A stretch of DNA of 37,410 nt, from the NCBI GenBank assembly GCA_016839785.1, contig JAEOTQ010000230.1, positions 1-37,410 on the forward strand, given 5' to 3'. Shown piece after piece: positions 35,044-37,410 of this stretch (positions are counted from its first letter, which is position 1; each line of letters starts with the position of its first letter). Source of the stretch: Candidatus Hodarchaeota archaeon (GTDB lineage Archaea; Asgardarchaeota; Heimdallarchaeia; Hodarchaeales; Hodarchaeaceae). The notes beneath the pieces were generated by a model. It had not been told where the DNA came from and did not search any database. It saw only the letters and a list, made by a program, of their open reading frames with translations. A program made the translations under genes and the position numbers.

Positions 35044-36462
35044 CTATTGTAGAGGAGAATTCTGCTCCATATCTGCAGAATTAACAAGTAAAAGTTGAAC
35101 ATCCATCACGTTTGTGCCTGTTGGACCTAATAAGATCAAAGATTTACCTAATTGGAGAAAGAAATTAGTTAAATCATTATTCTCTTGGTAACAGTCTACT
35201 GGAACTTTCTTTTCACGAAAGAGATTAAGTGTGAATGTGTCACAAATCGCACCTGAATATTCAGAATTCCCATCAATTCCATCTGTACCAAATGAGATCA
35301 ATGAAATGTCCAGAGAAGGGTCAAAAGTACTTACTTCTCTAAGAAAAGCTGCCACAACTTCTTGATTTCTTCCTCCAATTCCATTCCCCGTAACTTTTAC
35401 TATAGGTTCTCCCCCTGAAATGTACAATACGGGAGTAGATTTTTCTTTGGAAATTTGGAGTCCTAATTGTGCCAAATTCGTCCCCACGATCCTAGCATCT
35501 CCATCTACTAGATGATCCTCAACAATTACTTCCATTCCGACTTGATTTACCGCCTTGTATATGGCTTGTCTAGCAACGTTATTTGAGCCAATAATAGAAT
35601 GATGAAATCGTGAAAATGAGGGATCTTTTGGCTTGGGTGTCTCGGTAATTTCACCATTAAGTCCCCTAGTCACTACTTCATATATACTAGTAGGTAGAAC
35701 ATCCTTCGATAAATTATACTTTCTAAATAAATTGATCACGTCATGATATGTACTCGTATCAGGAGAAAATGGACCTGATGCGATACTCTCCAATTGATCT
35801 CCGATTACATCCGATAGGAGGAGAATAAGAGTTGTTGATGGTATCATTCGTGCTGCTTTGCCACCTTTAATCCGTGACATATGCTTTCTGACTACATTAA
35901 TTTCATGAATTGACATCCCTGAATGGAGAAGTGTTTGATTCAGGCTTATAAGATCAGTTATTGTAATGGGGGGTATTGGAGCCGACCATAATGCAGAACC
36001 TCCACCACTAATTAAGCTAATAACAAGATCATCTTTCGATATTTCCTTTATATATTCTATAGTTCTTTCTGTGTTTTCCAAATTAATTTCTGAGGGTAAT
36101 GGATGGGAGGATTCCACACATTGAATTTTTTTAAGAGTAAGTGAATTTCTTACTCCTTCTGGAACACATATAATTCCTGATAAAGGAACTCCTTGTAATA
36201 CTTTTTCGATTGCTTCAGCCATACGTCCTACAGCTTTCCCTGCCCCTATTACATGAACTTGTTTATCAGTAAGATCAAACTCCGAGTTGGAAACCATTAG
36301 AAGTTTGGATACTGAATTGTATTGAAGGCTTCTAGTAACGATCTCAAAAGGATTAACAGCATCTAATCCAATTTTGAGAAGTCTAAGAAGAAATTCTCTT
36401 GCACAAATTTCACTCGAGCCAAAGGGTAGATCAAGAAGATCTTTATAATTCTTAATTTCCAC
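35044..36462 (-). CDS. Glycerate 2-kinase (MOFRL family)
   Basis: GAGKA, HPLP, LISGGGSAL, RKHMSRIKGG, SDVIGD, GGRNQE, TDGIDGNS and TGTNVMD. Confidence 0.95.
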   Translation of the reverse strand: MEIKNYKDLLDLPFGSSEICAREFLLRLLKIGLDAVNPFEIVTRSLQYNSVSKLLMVSNSEFDLTDKQVHVIGAGKAVGRMAEAIEKVLQGVPLSGIICVPEGVRNSLTLKKIQCVESSHPLPSEINLENTERTIEYIKEISKDDLVISLISGGGSALWSAPIPPITITDLISLNQTLLHSGMSIHEINVVRKHMSRIKGGKAARMIPSTTLILLLSDVIGDQLESIASGPFSPDTSTYHDVINLFRKYNLSKDVLPTSIYEVVTRGLNGEITETPKPKDPSFSRFHHSIIGSNNVARQAIYKAVNQVGMEVIVEDHLVDGDARIVGTNLAQLGLQISKEKSTPVLYISGGEPIVKVTGNGIGGRNQEVVAAFLREVSTFDPSLDISLISFGTDGIDGNSEYSGAICDTFTLNLFREKKVPVDCYQENNDLTNFFLQLGKSLILLGPTGTNVMDVQLLLVNSADMEQNSPLQ

Positions 36463-36474
36463 AAATGTTCCCTA

Positions 36475-37410
36475 TTACCTTTTTCCGTATCCTCCGCCAC
36501 CAGGAGTTTTAATGGTCAATATATCCCCGGGAGAAAGCTCAGTGATGGTCCTTCCTGGAAGTATCAACACTTCACCACTTCTCTTTTTAATCTGGTTAAC
36601 CCCTTTCTTTCCAGGTTCCCCTCCGTACAGTCCATATGGAGGAAAATTTCTTCGTTCAGACTGTATTGAGACTGTAGTATCCACTAAGCAGACTATCTCT
36701 TTCTCGATTCCATTTCCTCCGACTAGTTTACCATCCCCACCTGAATCCTCTCTAATTGCATATTTTTGAACTCTAAATGGATAAACAAGCTCAAAAACCT
36801 CAATTGGAGTATTTAAAGTGTTAGTCATATGACTGTGGATGGCAGATGTCCCATTGTGAAATTTTCCAGCTCCCGTTCCTCCTCCTAAGGTTTCATAATA
36901 AGTGAAAGGGATATCACCTTTTGAAGATCCAAGTGAGATATTATTCATTGTACCTTGGGAAGCTGCTGGAATTTCGGGAAAAGCAGGAGCTAATGCTCCC
37001 AAGAGTACATCAACTATCCGTTGTGACGTTTCTACATTTCCACTTGAGACCGCTGCTGGAATTTTTGGATCAAGAAGGCTATCTTGGGGAATTTCGATTT
37101 CAATGTTTCGAAACAGACCTGCATTTGTCATTATTAGAGGATCCGTAAGTACTCGAAATACAAAATACACACATGAGTATACCACACTTTTTGGGCAATT
37201 AACATTACCTATCTGTTGTTTATCTGTTCCCTCAAACGATACACTAACTTTATCCTTAATTTTACTGATCGTTACCTGAATCTTCACAGGATTATCAGTA
37301 ACTCCGTTGGAGTCCAGAAAATCAGTGAAAAAAAGTTTCTTCTCTGGAAATTTTCGAAGATGTTTGCTAAAAGAGAGTTCTGAAAGTTTCATTAATTGTA
37401 CTACTGAAGA
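36475..37410 (-). CDS. Hydantoinase B / 5-oxoprolinase subunit B, C-terminal part (5' end beyond the window)
   Basis: GNVETSQR, QGTMNN, YYETLGGG, HMTNTLNTPIE and TPGGGGYG. The frame stays open to the window edge. Confidence 0.92.
   Translation of the reverse strand, partial: SSVVQLMKLSELSFSKHLRKFPEKKLFFTDFLDSNGVTDNPVKIQVTISKIKDKVSVSFEGTDKQQIGNVNCPKSVVYSCVYFVFRVLTDPLIMTNAGLFRNIEIEIPQDSLLDPKIPAAVSSGNVETSQRIVDVLLGALAPAFPEIPAASQGTMNNISLGSSKGDIPFTYYETLGGGTGAGKFHNGTSAIHSHMTNTLNTPIEVFELVYPFRVQKYAIREDSGGDGKLVGGNGIEKEIVCLVDTTVSIQSERRNFPPYGLYGGEPGKKGVNQIKKRSGEVLILPGRTITELSPGDILTIKTPGGGGYGKR

Noticed and set aside
366-37279. Numerous 60-125 aa ORFs antisense to or nested in long genes (e.g. 366..707, 6333..6707, 17014..17313, 22408..22689, 36902..37279)
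   Set aside because: They are shadow ORFs of well-supported genes and carry no motifs.
36475-37392. A short 305-aa stand-alone hydantoinase B
   Set aside because: The frame is open to the window edge, so the apparent start is an artefact of truncation.
1-37410. CRISPR array, tRNA/rRNA, IS element, prophage or selenocysteine read-through
   Set aside because: I saw no periodic repeats, GC-rich structured RNA, transposase or integrase motifs, or genes broken at an in-frame TGA. This was by eye only.

Overview
AT-rich, densely coding archaeal chromosome segment. It is most likely from an Asgard archaeon (Heimdallarchaeia/Hodarchaeales-like). This is inferred from a Rab-like small GTPase, longin/roadblock and DENN-like proteins, Asgard-type 7TM proteins, an archaeal aIF-1A and a single-domain KaiC/RAD55 ATPase. 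There are about 36 CDSs, two cut by the window edges. I saw no rRNA, tRNA, CRISPR array, transposase or phage hallmark gene. Housekeeping genes include GH57 amylase, M3-type peptidase, RCL hydrolase, MFS, aIF-1A, GDPD, Nudix, RimI, Sir2, UbiA, AlaX, truncated UvrC, glycerate kinase and hydantoinase B. The most notable content is a set of eukaryote-like trafficking/signalling proteins within ~19 kb: a Rab-like GTPase tightly linked to a longin-roadblock fusion, a full-length DENN-like protein plus a probable second one, each next to a 7TM gene, and a cytosolic HEAT + mu-homology + multi-Ig protein that resembles a one-chain coat adaptor. Also notable are a probable pseudo-lipase-C2 fusion, a tandem macroglobulin(MG2)-like domain pair with one copy fused to four HhH modules, two Cys-rich mini-RDD paralogs, and a small duplicated-helix protein with a PIP-like tail. 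All domain calls were made by eye from motifs; no searches were run.
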